NCBI RefSeq assembly: GCF_019464535.1
Contig: NZ_CP080507.1
Span: forward strand, 1,140,001-1,172,000
DNA: 32,000 nt
Direction of reading: 5' to 3'
Source of the DNA: Horticoccus luteus
GTDB lineage: Bacteria; Verrucomicrobiota; Verrucomicrobiia; Opitutales; Opitutaceae
Shown here: in pieces, positions 9,626 to 18,928 of the stretch
Layout of the letters: every line of letters begins with the position of its first letter
How positions within the stretch are numbered: the stretch's first letter is position 1
The notes under the pieces: generated by a model
Told to the model about the DNA's origin: nothing
Seen by the model: the letters and a program-made list of their open reading frames with translations, nothing else
Database searches by the model: none
Made by a program: the position numbers and the translations under genes

Positions 9626-12595
9626 ATGATTTCGTTTCTGCTCAAACGGTTTTCTGGCCGGCACTATAAGAAGTTTCTCGAAAAGTGCCGCCCCGTCGTC
9701 GCGCGCATCAACGAGCTGGAGCAATCCTATCAGCCGCTTACGGATGATCAGCTCCGCGCCAAAACAGATGAGTTTCGGGCGCGATTGAAAGCGGGCGAGA
9801 CGCTCGACCAGATCCTGCCCGAGGCGTTCGCGGCGGTGAAGAACGCGGCACGTCGGCTCTGTGGCCGGACCTTTGTGGTCTGCGGGCAGGAATTGACGTG
9901 GGACATGGTGCATTTCGACGTGCAGTTGATCGGTGGCATGGCGCTGCACGAGGGGAAGATTTCGGAAATGGCGACCGGCGAAGGCAAAACCCTTGTCGCG
10001 ACGCTGCCGTTGTATCTGAACGCACTCAACGGCCGCAACGCGCAGTTGGTCACGGTTAACGACTACCTGGCGCGCCGCGATTCGGAGTGGATGGGAAACC
10101 TCTACAACTTTTTGGGCATCACGGTGGGCTGCATCCAGCAGCAGATGGAATCCGATTTGCGGCACGAGATGTATGGCCGCGACATCACCTACGGCACGGC
10201 GAGCGAGTTTGGATTCGATTACCTGCGCGACAATGGCATGGCCACGCGGGCGGAGGATCAGGTCCAACGCGATCACTGGTTTTGCATCGTGGACGAAATC
10301 GATTCCATCCTCGTGGACGAGGCGCGCACGCCCCTGATCATTTCCGGACCGGCACCGATCGAACGGGAGCAGCCGTTCACGCGGTTAAAGCCCGGCGTGG
10401 ATCAGTTGATGGCGGAGCAGACGCGCTTGTGCAACCGGCTCGTGAGCGAGGCGAAGGAGATGCTGGAGCGGCCCAACCCGGATCGCCAGGGCGCCGCGCG
10501 CAAAATGCTGCAGACGAAAATCGGTCATCCGAAAAACAAGCAGTTGTTGCGTCTGATGGAGAACCCCGAGTGGCGGAAGCTGCTCGACAAGGTCGACGTC
10601 GAAATGAACTCCGACCTGAACAAAGGGGAGCTCTACGCGTTGAAGGAAGAACTCTTCTTCTCGATCGACGAACGGCAGCACCAGGCGGATTTGTCGGAGC
10701 TGGGCCGGCGGCGGTTGCGGCCCGACGATCCGGATGCGTTTGTGCTCCCGGATCTGGCGACGGAATTCAGCGAATTGGACAAGGACAACGGGATGTCGCT
10801 CGAAGCCCGCGAGCAGCGGAAGCTGGCATCGCAGCAGCGTTACGCGACGATTTCCGAGGACATCCACGCGATTTCCCAGTTGTTGCGCGCCTACTCGCTT
10901 TACGAGCGCGACGTCGAATACGTCGTGCAGGAAGGCAAGGTGATGATCGTGGATGAGAACACCGGCCGCGTGATGCCGGGCCGGCGGTGGTCGGACGGTT
11001 TGCATCAAGCGGTCGAGGCGAAGGAGAACGTCATGATCGAGCGCGAGACGCGCACCTACGCGACGATCACGATCCAGAACTATTTCCGCATGTATGAGAA
11101 GCTGGCCGGCATGACCGGCACGGCGGAGACGGAAGCGACCGAGTTTCAAGACATCTACCGGTTGTCCGTGCAGGTCATCCCGACGAACAAGCCGTGTATT
11201 CGCATCGACCGGAATGACTCCATTTTCAAAACGCGCCGCGACAAGTTTGCCGCGGTGGTGCGCGAGATCGAAGCCGCCAACAAGCGCGGGCAGCCCGTGC
11301 TTGTCGGCACCGTGAGCGTCGAGTCGTCGGAGGTGTTGTCGCGAATGCTGAAGCGGTCGGGCGTCATCCACACCGTGCTCAACGCGAAGTATCACCAGCA
11401 GGAAGCGGAAATCGTCACTCGGGCGGGTCAGCGCGGAGCGGTGACGATCGCGACCAACATGGCGGGCCGCGGCACCGACATCAAACTAGGCGAAGGCGTC
11501 CGCGAGGCGGGCGGACTTTACGTGGTGGGCACGGAGCGGCACGAATCGCGACGCATCGACCGGCAGTTGCGCGGCCGTTGCTCGCGCCAGGGCGATCCCG
11601 GCCTGACGAAGTTTTACCTCTCGTTGGAGGACGACCTCATGCGGTTGTTTCTCCAGGGCAACCTCGCCTCGAAGCTGATGGAGGGCTCGATGAAGGAAGG
11701 CGAGGAGCTGGAGCACCCGTGGCTGAACCGCTCGATCGAGAGCGCGCAGAAAAAAGTGGAGCAGCAGAATTACGCGCAGCGGAAACGCCTGTTGCAATAC
11801 GACGATGTGCTCAACCAGCAGCGCGAAGTCGTTTACGGCATCCGCAACGCGGCGATTCACGCGGAGCGCCCGAAGGCCATTATCTTTGAGCAGGTGGAGG
11901 AAGAAGTCGCGTCGCGTCTGGACGCGGCCGGCTATGGCGACCGGCACGGCGTGTCGGAGGCGGCGGTGGAGAGCTTCATCGGTTGGGTGAACTCCCATTT
12001 CCCCATTTCGCTGAAGCCCGAGGAACTCGCCAACGGCGATATCAGTTCGCTGACGCCGAAAATCGTCGAACGCATCAAGACGGCCTACGCGGTGAAAGAG
12101 TCGGTGGAGATGCCGGAGGCGCTTGGTTCGCTGGAGCGCTACGTGGTGATCAACGCCATCGATCATCACTGGCAGGAGCATCTCACGGAGATGGAAGAAC
12201 TGCGCAAAAGCATCGGCCTGCGCAGCTACGGCCAGAAAGATCCGCTCCAGGAATACAAGAGCGAGGCCTACACGTATTTCGAGGAACTGATGAACAACGT
12301 GCGGCTGCAAATCTGCACAGGGCTGTTTCGGAGCGCCACGAATCTGCAGTCGTTCGAAAACATGCTCGCGATTCTCGCGCGCAACGCCCGCACCGTCGGG
12401 CCGGAGAATGCGCCCGTCGCGACCGGCGTTTCCACAGGAACGACGTCGGCTCTGCCGCCGGGCGCCGCCGCGGCCCCGGAGCGCGAACTCGAGTTGCCGA
12501 AAGTGACGATCCGCCGCGAGCTGCCGAAAGTCGGCCGCAACGATCCGTGCCCTTGTGGCAGCGGCAAGAAATACAAGCACTGCCACGGGGCGTAA
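9626..12595 (+). CDS. secA: Preprotein translocase ATPase SecA
   Basis: Walker [13 protein letters not shown]-like [58 protein letters not shown], and the C-terminal zinc finger [14 protein letters not shown]. 989 aa. Confidence 0.97.
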   Translation: MISFLLKRFSGRHYKKFLEKCRPVVARINELEQSYQPLTDDQLRAKTDEFRARLKAGETLDQILPEAFAAVKNAARRLCGRTFVVCGQELTWDMVHFDVQLIGGMALHEGKISEMATGEGKTLVATLPLYLNALNGRNAQLVTVNDYLARRDSEWMGNLYNFLGITVGCIQQQMESDLRHEMYGRDITYGTASEFGFDYLRDNGMATRAEDQVQRDHWFCIVDEIDSILVDEARTPLIISGPAPIEREQPFTRLKPGVDQLMAEQTRLCNRLVSEAKEMLERPNPDRQGAARKMLQTKIGHPKNKQLLRLMENPEWRKLLDKVDVEMNSDLNKGELYALKEELFFSIDERQHQADLSELGRRRLRPDDPDAFVLPDLATEFSELDKDNGMSLEAREQRKLASQQRYATISEDIHAISQLLRAYSLYERDVEYVVQEGKVMIVDENTGRVMPGRRWSDGLHQAVEAKENVMIERETRTYATITIQNYFRMYEKLAGMTGTAETEATEFQDIYRLSVQVIPTNKPCIRIDRNDSIFKTRRDKFAAVVREIEAANKRGQPVLVGTVSVESSEVLSRMLKRSGVIHTVLNAKYHQQEAEIVTRAGQRGAVTIATNMAGRGTDIKLGEGVREAGGLYVVGTERHESRRIDRQLRGRCSRQGDPGLTKFYLSLEDDLMRLFLQGNLASKLMEGSMKEGEELEHPWLNRSIESAQKKVEQQNYAQRKRLLQYDDVLNQQREVVYGIRNAAIHAERPKAIIFEQVEEEVASRLDAAGYGDRHGVSEAAVESFIGWVNSHFPISLKPEELANGDISSLTPKIVERIKTAYAVKESVEMPEALGSLERYVVINAIDHHWQEHLTEMEELRKSIGLRSYGQKDPLQEYKSEAYTYFEELMNNVRLQICTGLFRSATNLQSFENMLAILARNARTVGPENAPVATGVSTGTTSALPPGAAAAPERELELPKVTIRRELPKVGRNDPCPCGSGKKYKHCHGA

Positions 12596-12617
12596 GCGCG
12601 CGCGACCGGCTTAATCC

Positions 12618-12646
12618 TTGAAGGGCCGGCGCGTTTGCCGGCTAAT
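12618..12646 (+). promoter_or_regulatory. Candidate promoter for lnt (TTGAAG-N17-GCTAAT), 6 nt before ATG 12653
   Basis: TTGAAG at 12618-12623 and GCTAAT at 12641-12646 with a 17-nt spacer, inside the 57-nt secA-lnt gap. The predicted TSS falls at or next to the ATG. Confidence 0.35.
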
Positions 12647-12652
12647 GCGCGC

Positions 12653-14329
12653 ATGGCGACGCCGTTGTCTGAAGTCGATCCCTACGACCTGCCGCCGCCG
12701 TTCTGGCAGCGCTACTCCGACCGCACGGGCGCGGCGGTCGTGTTCGTGGCGACAGTGGTGCTGGCGGTGTTGTCCTTCCCGCCTTTCCACGCGCCGGAGT
12801 TCGCGTATGCGATGCTCGTGCCGGGTATCTTTTGGGCGTATTTGCGTCCGTCCTTCCGCCTCTACGCGACAACGATGCTGGGCGCGCAGGCGGTGGCGTG
12901 GACGATCATTCTCGGCTGGTTGCACAACGTGACGTGGGTCGGGTTGTTTCTGCTGGGGCCGGTCGTCGGTGTATGGATCGGGCTGTGGTATCTGGCGGCG
13001 TGGTGGGCGATGCCGCGGTTTATCGGACGGGCGACGCCGATCAGGCTTGGCGCGATGCTGGGCCTCGCGGCGGCGTGGGTATTGATCGAGTGGACGCGGT
13101 CGTGGTTGATGGGCGGTTTTCCGTGGCTGCCACTGGCGGCGAGCCAATGGCAGCGGTCGAGCATACTTCAAGTGGCGTCCTACACCGGCGCGGGCGGAAT
13201 CTCGTTCGCGCTCGTTGCCATCAACATCGGCTTCGGTGCGTATGCCCACCGGCTCTTTCGGGAAGGCGAGCGCGGACTGCGGAAGCGCAGCCAGGAATTT
13301 TTTCTCGCGCTGTTTCTGTTGCTCGTCTGCCTCTCGGTGCACGTGCAGGAAGCGTTCAACCGCGCGCGTTTCACGGTGCCGTTCGGGCGCATCGCGCTGG
13401 TGCAGCCTTACGTGCCGCAGGAGGTAAAATGGAATCCGGAGCGTGCGCCGGCGATTTTGACGAGTTTGCAAGAGCTCACGTTGCGGGCCGCGCGCACCGC
13501 GCCCGACTTGATCGTGTGGCCCGAGGCCGTCACGCCGTGGGCGGTGCACGGCGACGCGCGCGTGCAGGCGTGGACGGAGCAGTTGGTCAAGCGCGCCAAC
13601 GTGCCGCTGTTGCTTGGGTCGATCGCGATCGAGCACAATGGCCAGCCGGATGAGCAGTGGTTTAACGGCGCGTTTCTCGTGACGCCCGCGGAGGGGTTGC
13701 TGCCGGGATATTATGCCAAGCGCCATCTCGTGCCCTTCGGCGAATATGTGCCATTGCGGCCGGTGCTGGGATGGCTGGGGAAGTTCGTGCCGATCGGCGA
13801 TGACTTCGCGCATGGCGATGTGCCGCAGCTCCTCATCACGCCCCTGGCGGGAGCGGCGGCGGCGGTCGCGCCGTTAATTTGCTACGAGGATATTTATGCG
13901 AGTCTGGCGCGTTCGAGCGTGCGGGCGGGCGCCGATCTGCTCGTCGTCATCACGAACAACGCGTGGTTTGGCGAAGGGGGCGCGGCGGAGCAGCATGCGG
14001 CGCACTCGGTGTTGCGGGCCGTGGAAACGCGGCGTCCGGTGATTCGTTGTGGCAATGGGGGCTGGAGTGGCTGGATCGACGAGTTTGGCAACGTGCGGAC
14101 GGTGCTTACCAGCGAAGGCCACGGGATTTTCTTTCGCGGCACGGAGACGATTTCGTTGAGTCGCGATGTGCGGTGGATCGGCCGCGCCACATTTTATGTG
14201 GAGCACGGCGATTGGTTTGTCGCGGCCTGTGCGGTGCTCTTTGGGCTGGGCGCATGGCTGCTGTGGAGCGCGCCCGCGCCAGTCGTCGCGGCGCCAAGCG
14301 AAGAAAACGAAGCGCCGCCGGTGGAGTGA
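12653..14329 (+). CDS. lnt: Apolipoprotein N-acyltransferase
   Basis: Polytopic N-terminal membrane region followed by a C-N hydrolase domain. Catalytic-type blocks: LIVWPEAVTP, KRHLVPFGEYVP, PLICYEDIY, VITNNAWFG. ATG 12653 is preferred to the track's TTG 12635. Confidence 0.9.
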   Translation: MATPLSEVDPYDLPPPFWQRYSDRTGAAVVFVATVVLAVLSFPPFHAPEFAYAMLVPGIFWAYLRPSFRLYATTMLGAQAVAWTIILGWLHNVTWVGLFLLGPVVGVWIGLWYLAAWWAMPRFIGRATPIRLGAMLGLAAAWVLIEWTRSWLMGGFPWLPLAASQWQRSSILQVASYTGAGGISFALVAINIGFGAYAHRLFREGERGLRKRSQEFFLALFLLLVCLSVHVQEAFNRARFTVPFGRIALVQPYVPQEVKWNPERAPAILTSLQELTLRAARTAPDLIVWPEAVTPWAVHGDARVQAWTEQLVKRANVPLLLGSIAIEHNGQPDEQWFNGAFLVTPAEGLLPGYYAKRHLVPFGEYVPLRPVLGWLGKFVPIGDDFAHGDVPQLLITPLAGAAAAVAPLICYEDIYASLARSSVRAGADLLVVITNNAWFGEGGAAEQHAAHSVLRAVETRRPVIRCGNGGWSGWIDEFGNVRTVLTSEGHGIFFRGTETISLSRDVRWIGRATFYVEHGDWFVAACAVLFGLGAWLLWSAPAPVVAAPSEENEAPPVE

Positions 14330-14553
14330 TTCAGCGGGGCCGCTGCGGGGTGCGGGGGACCGGGAGCGGGGGCTTGGTTTTAGCGACGATGCGACGGCGC
14401 GACCGCGCCCGCGGCCGGGCCTGCGGGTGGGCCGGCAGCCAAGGCTGGTCAAGACGCAGACAGGCATCGCACATGTCGCCAGCCAACGCGACGGCCCGCG
14501 CCGGGGCAAGACTGCGCGCGGGTGAACGTTCAAAGGCGCGCGCATTTTCAGGC

Positions 14554-14582
14554 ATGACTTTGTGACGTCCGCGCAACATTAA
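14554..14582 (+). promoter_or_regulatory. Weak candidate promoter for the rhamnose isomerase gene (ATGACT-N17-CATTAA), 6 nt before the ATG
   Basis: ATGACT at 14554-14559 (TGAC core) and CATTAA at 14577-14582. ATG at 14589. The match to consensus is modest. Confidence 0.2.
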
Positions 14583-14588
14583 CCGGCC

Positions 14589-15788
14589 ATGACTCCGAAA
14601 CTCCTCCGCCGCGCGCGCGAAGCGCTGGATTCCTTTGCCATCGAGACGCCCTCCTGGGGCTTCGCCGACACCGGCACTCGCTTTGGAAAATTCTTCCAGG
14701 ATGCCGCGGCCATCGATTTGAACGACAAGCTCGCCGACGCCGGCGAAGTGAACCGCGTGACCGGTTGCTGCCCGACGGTGGCGGTGCACGTGTTGTGGGA
14801 TTTCAAAGCGGGCGACGATCCGAAGAGAGTGGCGAAACTCGCGCGGCAGCACGGCGTGCAGATCGGCGCGATCAATCCGAATTTGTTTCAGGATCAGTGT
14901 TACAAGTGGGGTTCTTTCGGTCACAACGATCCCGCGGTGCGTGAGCATGCGCTGCAGCATTGCTACGACTCCATCGCGATCGGGCAGGCCGTCGGCAGCG
15001 AATACGTTTCGCTCTGGTTTGCCGACGGCACGAACTATCCCGGTCAGGGCAGCATCCGCGAGCGCAAGGCGTATTTCACCGCCGCGCTGCAAGCTTGCCA
15101 CGAGAAGCTCTCGGCGAAGCAGACAATGCTCGTGGAATACAAGCCGTTTGAGCCGGCGTTCTATCACACGGACATCGCGGATTGGGGCATGTCGTATCTT
15201 CTGTGCAAGAAAGCGGGACCGCGTTCGAAGGTGCTCGTCGACACGGGCCATCATTACAGCGCGCAAAACATCGAGCAGATCGTGGCGTGGTTACTCGACG
15301 AAGACATGCTGGGCGGTTTCCACTTTAACGACCGGCGCTACGCCGACGACGATCTCACGCTGGGCTCGATCGATCCCTACCAGGCGTTTCGGATTTTCCA
15401 CGAAATCCATTTCTTCGCCGCGGATCGTGGGCGCATGCCGAAGATCGCTTACATGATCGACCAGTCGCACAACGAAAAACCAAAGATCGAGGCCACGATT
15501 CAAACCGTCCTCATGGCGCAGGAGCTGTATGTGAAAGCGGCGCTGGTGGACCACGCGGCGTTGCGGAAAGCGCAGGCGAAAAACAACGTGGTGGACGCGG
15601 AACTGGAGTTGAAGAAGGCGTTTTTCACTGACGTGGCGCCGGCATTCGCCGCCTGGCGCAAGGCGAACAAACTGCCCGCCGACCCGCTAGCCGATCATCG
15701 GAAGAGCGGCTACGAGCGTCAGGCCGCGACGGAGCGCAAGCGCCGCCGCCAGGAACTCGGCATCGTGCAGGGCGGCGGTTACGCGTAA
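14589..15788 (+). CDS. rhaI: L-rhamnose isomerase, Pseudomonas stutzeri/Rhizobium RhaI type (xylose-isomerase-like TIM barrel)
   Basis: Collinear by eye with P. stutzeri L-RhI: ETPSWGFADTGTRF, YKWGSFGHND, LWFADGTNYPGQ, YKPFEPAFYHT, VDTGHHYSAQNIEQIVA, LGGFHFNDRRYADDDL, MIDQSHNEKPKIE, and a C-terminal SGYERQAATER tail. Confidence 0.85.
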   Translation: MTPKLLRRAREALDSFAIETPSWGFADTGTRFGKFFQDAAAIDLNDKLADAGEVNRVTGCCPTVAVHVLWDFKAGDDPKRVAKLARQHGVQIGAINPNLFQDQCYKWGSFGHNDPAVREHALQHCYDSIAIGQAVGSEYVSLWFADGTNYPGQGSIRERKAYFTAALQACHEKLSAKQTMLVEYKPFEPAFYHTDIADWGMSYLLCKKAGPRSKVLVDTGHHYSAQNIEQIVAWLLDEDMLGGFHFNDRRYADDDLTLGSIDPYQAFRIFHEIHFFAADRGRMPKIAYMIDQSHNEKPKIEATIQTVLMAQELYVKAALVDHAALRKAQAKNNVVDAELELKKAFFTDVAPAFAAWRKANKLPADPLADHRKSGYERQAATERKRRRQELGIVQGGGYA

Positions 15789-15846
15789 GGATTTCTCGTT
15801 GCGCGACGAATCCGCCCGCGGCGTCATGCCGCCGGGCGGAGCGGAG

Positions 15847-15864
15847 CGCGAAACGAGTTTCGCG
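15847..15864 (+). terminator. Perfect 7-bp hairpin downstream of rhaI (CGCGAAA-CGAG-TTTCGCG)
   Basis: The inverted repeat was read directly. It lies 59 nt after the rhaI stop. It is short and has no U-tract, so its function is uncertain. Confidence 0.2.
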
Positions 15865-15926
15865 ATCGCGGCGTGGGCGCACGATGCTCGCCGGGCGCGG
15901 CGCAGTGATAGTCAGGGCCGAAGTGG

Positions 15927-15954
15927 TTGCGACCCGGTGGAGGCGCGCTAGGGT
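15927..15954 (+). promoter_or_regulatory. Candidate promoter (TTGCGA-N16-TAGGGT), 5 nt before ATG 15960
   Basis: TTGCGA at 15927-15932 and TAGGGT (TAnnnT) at 15949-15954. The TTG used as ORF start by the track is the -35 TTG in this reading. Confidence 0.25.
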
Positions 15955-15959
15955 GCGTG

Positions 15960-16562
15960 ATGGCGAGGGTATTCCTTCTTTCGCCGGCTCATGCGGGTGG
16001 GCGGCGCGCGACGTATTTGTTCAATCCGGCGGCGACTTTTGCCCTGGCGCGACGGTTGCACGCCGGCGAAGCCGTGGCGTTGGGGGAGATATTTGAGTTT
16101 CTCAGTGGTTTGTATTTTCGCGGAAAACGCGCCTATGCGGCGGTGTTTGGCGGGTCGCTGGCGGGTGGCGCGGGCTCGTGGGTGATTACGACGACGCGCG
16201 GCCTCATGCCGACGGAAACGCCGGTCACGTTACGCGAATTGCAGGAGCTCGGCGCCGTCGATATCGACGCCGGAGAACCGCGCTACCGCGAGCCGTTGAT
16301 CGAGTCGGCGAAGGAACTGGCGGATCGCGAAACAGCCGACCTCGTGCTGCTCGGCAGCATCAGCACCACGAAATACGTCGAACCGCTTTCGGCGGTGTTC
16401 GGTGAGCGGTTGTGGTTTCCCGCCGAGTTCGTCGGGCGCGGGGACATGAGCCGCGGAGCGTTGTTGCTGCGGCGCGCGCGGGAAGGCCGCGAACTGGAAT
16501 ACCAACGGCTGGCAGGGGTTGTGCAGCGCGGACCACGGGCGCGCCGTGCGAGTGAGACGTGA
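15960..16562 (+). CDS. Hypothetical protein, 200 aa; I recognise no family
   Basis: Protein-like composition. Alternating predicted beta/alpha pattern: RVFLLSPAHAGGRRA, FEFLSGLYFRGKRAYA, SWVITTTRG, DLVLLGSISTTKYVEPL, FVGRGDMSRGALLLRRA. The antisense ORFs here are Arg/Pro-rich. Confidence 0.6.
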   Translation: MARVFLLSPAHAGGRRATYLFNPAATFALARRLHAGEAVALGEIFEFLSGLYFRGKRAYAAVFGGSLAGGAGSWVITTTRGLMPTETPVTLRELQELGAVDIDAGEPRYREPLIESAKELADRETADLVLLGSISTTKYVEPLSAVFGERLWFPAEFVGRGDMSRGALLLRRAREGRELEYQRLAGVVQRGPRARRASET

Positions 16563-16605
16563 GGCCGGCACGTGCGGCCCACATCAGGAAGGCGGGCGCG
16601 GGGGA

Positions 16606-17793
16606 TTACGGACGTTTTTGCGCGGCGAGAATCGCGTCGAGCTGAGCGAGTTTAAAGCGCACCGCGACGATGTAGGGCGGCTCGTCTTTCGTCCAATGGC
16701 CGTAGGTGATGGCGACGATCGTGCCGTCGGCGAGCGTTTCGAGACCGGAGTAACCACAGTCCCAGCCCCAGTTATTTTGCATGAGGCGCACGCGGTAAGC
16801 GCCGGGGCGATCCTGCACGAGGTCGTCATAGGTGCCGACCCAGCCGAGCCAATCTCCATTGGTGGGCGAAGCGCGGTTGGTGTCGCGAAACACGACGACG
16901 AGCCGGCCGTCCGGCGCGTAGGTGAGCATGTGGCGATCGCCGACCATGGTGACGGGCAATGGCTGCGGGTCCGACCACGTGCGGCCTTCGTCGTTGGAAA
17001 AAATAATTTGGGAGAGGTGATTGTGCGAATCTTCACGCAACAGCAGCGCGATCTGCCGACCATCAGGCGAACGCACGAAACCTGGCTCGCAGAGGAGGAG
17101 ATCGGAGCGGTTGATGAGGGCGCGAGGCTCGCCCCAGGTGAGGCCGCCATCGGCCGACTCGACCTGATAAATAGCGTAGGTCAGGGGAGAGGTTTTTTTG
17201 CCATCAGCCCGGAGGAAACGCCCGTCATCGTTGAACCAGGCGAGGTAGTGTCCGGGTTGCCCGCGCACGGCGGCGACGCCGCCCATCACGACAATCCCGC
17301 CCCAGTCGCCGACGGGTTTCAGCGGACTCCACGTGGCGCCGTCATCTTCCGAAACCGAGAGGCGCGCGGGATAAAGACCCGACCATAAAATGAGACGCTT
17401 CTTGCCGCGAGCGTCGACGACGCGGTGAATGGTCGGCGTTTCGAGCGAGGTCGACCAGTTGTCCGGCACCGGCAGACGGTCCGACCAAGTGAGGCCGCCA
17501 TCCGTGCTGCGTTTCAGAACGATGAGGCCTTTGCCATGACCTTTCGGATAAACGCAAAGGATCGTGCGCCCGTCCTCCAGCAGGACGGAACTCACATGCC
17601 CGAGATACTGACCGGCCTCGCGATCCACCACGACTTGGAATTGCGAATCCGCCGCGAGGTCGACGAACGGGTAAAGCTTCACGCTGTCGGGCAAGCCGAG
17701 ATACTCGCCCGGCAGTTTGGGCGGAGGACCGCCGGCGAAGCTCGTCAATCCACTGAAAGTCATCACGGCCATGAGAGCGAGGGGGCGTAACAT
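16606..17793 (-). CDS. Secreted BNR/Asp-box six-bladed propeller protein (sialidase superfamily, glycosidase-like)
   Basis: Signal peptide MLRPLALMAVMTFSGLTSFA. Four Asp-boxes: STDGGLTW, SEDDGATW, SADGGLTW, SNDEGRTW. I could not see a clear sialidase RIP motif, so substrate is left open. Confidence 0.75.
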   Translation of the reverse strand: MLRPLALMAVMTFSGLTSFAGGPPPKLPGEYLGLPDSVKLYPFVDLAADSQFQVVVDREAGQYLGHVSSVLLEDGRTILCVYPKGHGKGLIVLKRSTDGGLTWSDRLPVPDNWSTSLETPTIHRVVDARGKKRLILWSGLYPARLSVSEDDGATWSPLKPVGDWGGIVVMGGVAAVRGQPGHYLAWFNDDGRFLRADGKKTSPLTYAIYQVESADGGLTWGEPRALINRSDLLLCEPGFVRSPDGRQIALLLREDSHNHLSQIIFSNDEGRTWSDPQPLPVTMVGDRHMLTYAPDGRLVVVFRDTNRASPTNGDWLGWVGTYDDLVQDRPGAYRVRLMQNNWGWDCGYSGLETLADGTIVAITYGHWTKDEPPYIVAVRFKLAQLDAILAAQKRP

Positions 17794-17904
17794 GCGTCGA
17801 GCACAACAAACGAGGCAGAGGGGACGAGAAGAAATGCGCCACTCGATGGAAAACCTGCGGAGGAGGGGACGATCGCGGGCCCGCGTTTTGGCGTCTCAGC
17901 TGAT

Positions 17905-17932
17905 TTGAACGCCGACGGAAGCCGCGTAATTT
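17905..17932 (+). promoter_or_regulatory. Candidate promoter (TTGAAC-N16-TAATTT), 5 nt before ATG 17938
   Basis: TTGAAC at 17905-17910 and TAATTT at 17927-17932. The track's TTG start at 17905 coincides with the -35 element. Confidence 0.3.
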
Positions 17933-17937
17933 CCGAC

Positions 17938-18486
17938 ATGTTGAATCCCGGATGGAGCAACTTGGAGCAGGCGTTCGGTTGGAACGTGGCGGGTTCGCAG
18001 CTCGGCGTGTGGGCGATGGTGTTGCGGGCGATCGTGGTCTTCACATTCGCAATCGTGCTGCTGCGTTGCAGCGACCGACGTTCGATCGGTCACAATGCGA
18101 GTTTCGACGTGGTGCTCGGAGTGATCTTCGGGTCGGTGTTGAGTCGGGCGATCAACGGCAGCGCTCCTTTGCTGCCGACCCTTGCGGCGAGCATTGCCAT
18201 GGTCGCACTGCACCGGTTTTACGGCACGCTGGCCTTCCATTCGCATCGTGTGTCACAGCTCGTGAAAGGGCGCGACCGGCTGTTGGTGAAAGACGGGAAA
18301 GTAGATTACGAGGAGATGAAGCGCGCGAAAATCACCCTCGACGATCTGCTCGAAAACATGCGCTTGCACGGCAACGTGAATCAACTGGCAGGGGTGCAGG
18401 AGGCGCGCCTCGAGCGCAGCGGCTCCATCAGCGTGGTCTTCGTCAAGCGTCCACGAGCGACTGATACCCAGGGTGACGGGAAATGA
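17938..18486 (+). CDS. DUF421 (YetF-like) membrane protein
   Basis: Two or three N-terminal TMs (VWAMVLRAIVVFTFAIVLL, FDVVLGVIFGSVLS, LLPTLAASIAMVALH). These are followed by the typical soluble domain LVKDGKVDYEEMKRAKITLDDLLENMRLHGNVNQLAGVQEARLERSGSISVV. Confidence 0.75.
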   Translation: MLNPGWSNLEQAFGWNVAGSQLGVWAMVLRAIVVFTFAIVLLRCSDRRSIGHNASFDVVLGVIFGSVLSRAINGSAPLLPTLAASIAMVALHRFYGTLAFHSHRVSQLVKGRDRLLVKDGKVDYEEMKRAKITLDDLLENMRLHGNVNQLAGVQEARLERSGSISVVFVKRPRATDTQGDGK

Positions 18487-18730
18487 AGCGGGCGACGTAG
18501 GAGCATTGCGGCACGACGCGGCGCGCGTCGGCGCGCGCGTCGTCCAGCGCCTGCCGCACGAGTTGCTCGGCGAGGCCGCGACCCCGCAGCGCGGGCGGCA
18601 CCCACGTGTGGGTGAAGGTGATCGTGTGACCGTCGATCTGATATTCGGCCACAGCCACGTCGCCGTCGGCGGCGAGTTCATACCTGTGGGCGGCGGCGTT
18701 GTGGCGGACGACGGGGAGGGGTTCGCTCAT
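18443..18730 (-). CDS. Small GNAT-fold N-acetyltransferase, YjdJ-like (95 aa)
   Basis: From ATG 18730: HRYELAADGDVAVAEYQIDGHTITFTHTWVPPALRGRGLAEQLVRQALDDARADARRVVPQCSYVARF matches the YjdJ/GNAT_acetyltran_2 pattern (..HTxVxxxxxGQGxxxxLV...A......I.P.C.F..). The upstream 45 codons of the track ORF were trimmed. Confidence 0.75.
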   Translation of the reverse strand: MSEPLPVVRHNAAAHRYELAADGDVAVAEYQIDGHTITFTHTWVPPALRGRGLAEQLVRQALDDARADARRVVPQCSYVARFISRHPGYQSLVDA

Positions 18731-18928
18731 ACCGGAAAGTGACCGCGGAAACGGGCGCGACGCAACCCAGGCACGGGAGAATTCGCCATGGTTCGATCCG
18801 TCCGCGGCCCTATGCGGCGCGAGGAAACGGATGTGGCGAAGAGGTGTCTCGGGGCGGTCGCGCATAGCCGCCCGTTGCCGACGGCGGCTGAATTGGTGCG
18901 AGGAAGATAGCTTTCAAAAACCACTTTT

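Noticed and set aside
10376-10886. About 80 extra residues in the SecA preprotein-crosslinking region relative to E. coli SecA, plus a small ELPKV duplication near the C-terminus
   Set aside because: Long SecA variants with insertions here are, as far as I recall, normal for Bacteroidetes/PVC-type lineages. I consider this lineage-typical rather than novel.
10385-15266. Antisense ORFs 10385-11395, 11486-12586, 12611-13813 and 14331-15266 opposite secA, lnt and rhaI
   Set aside because: They lie opposite genes with unambiguous conserved motifs. Their translations are Arg/His/Leu/Pro-biased and have no domain signatures.
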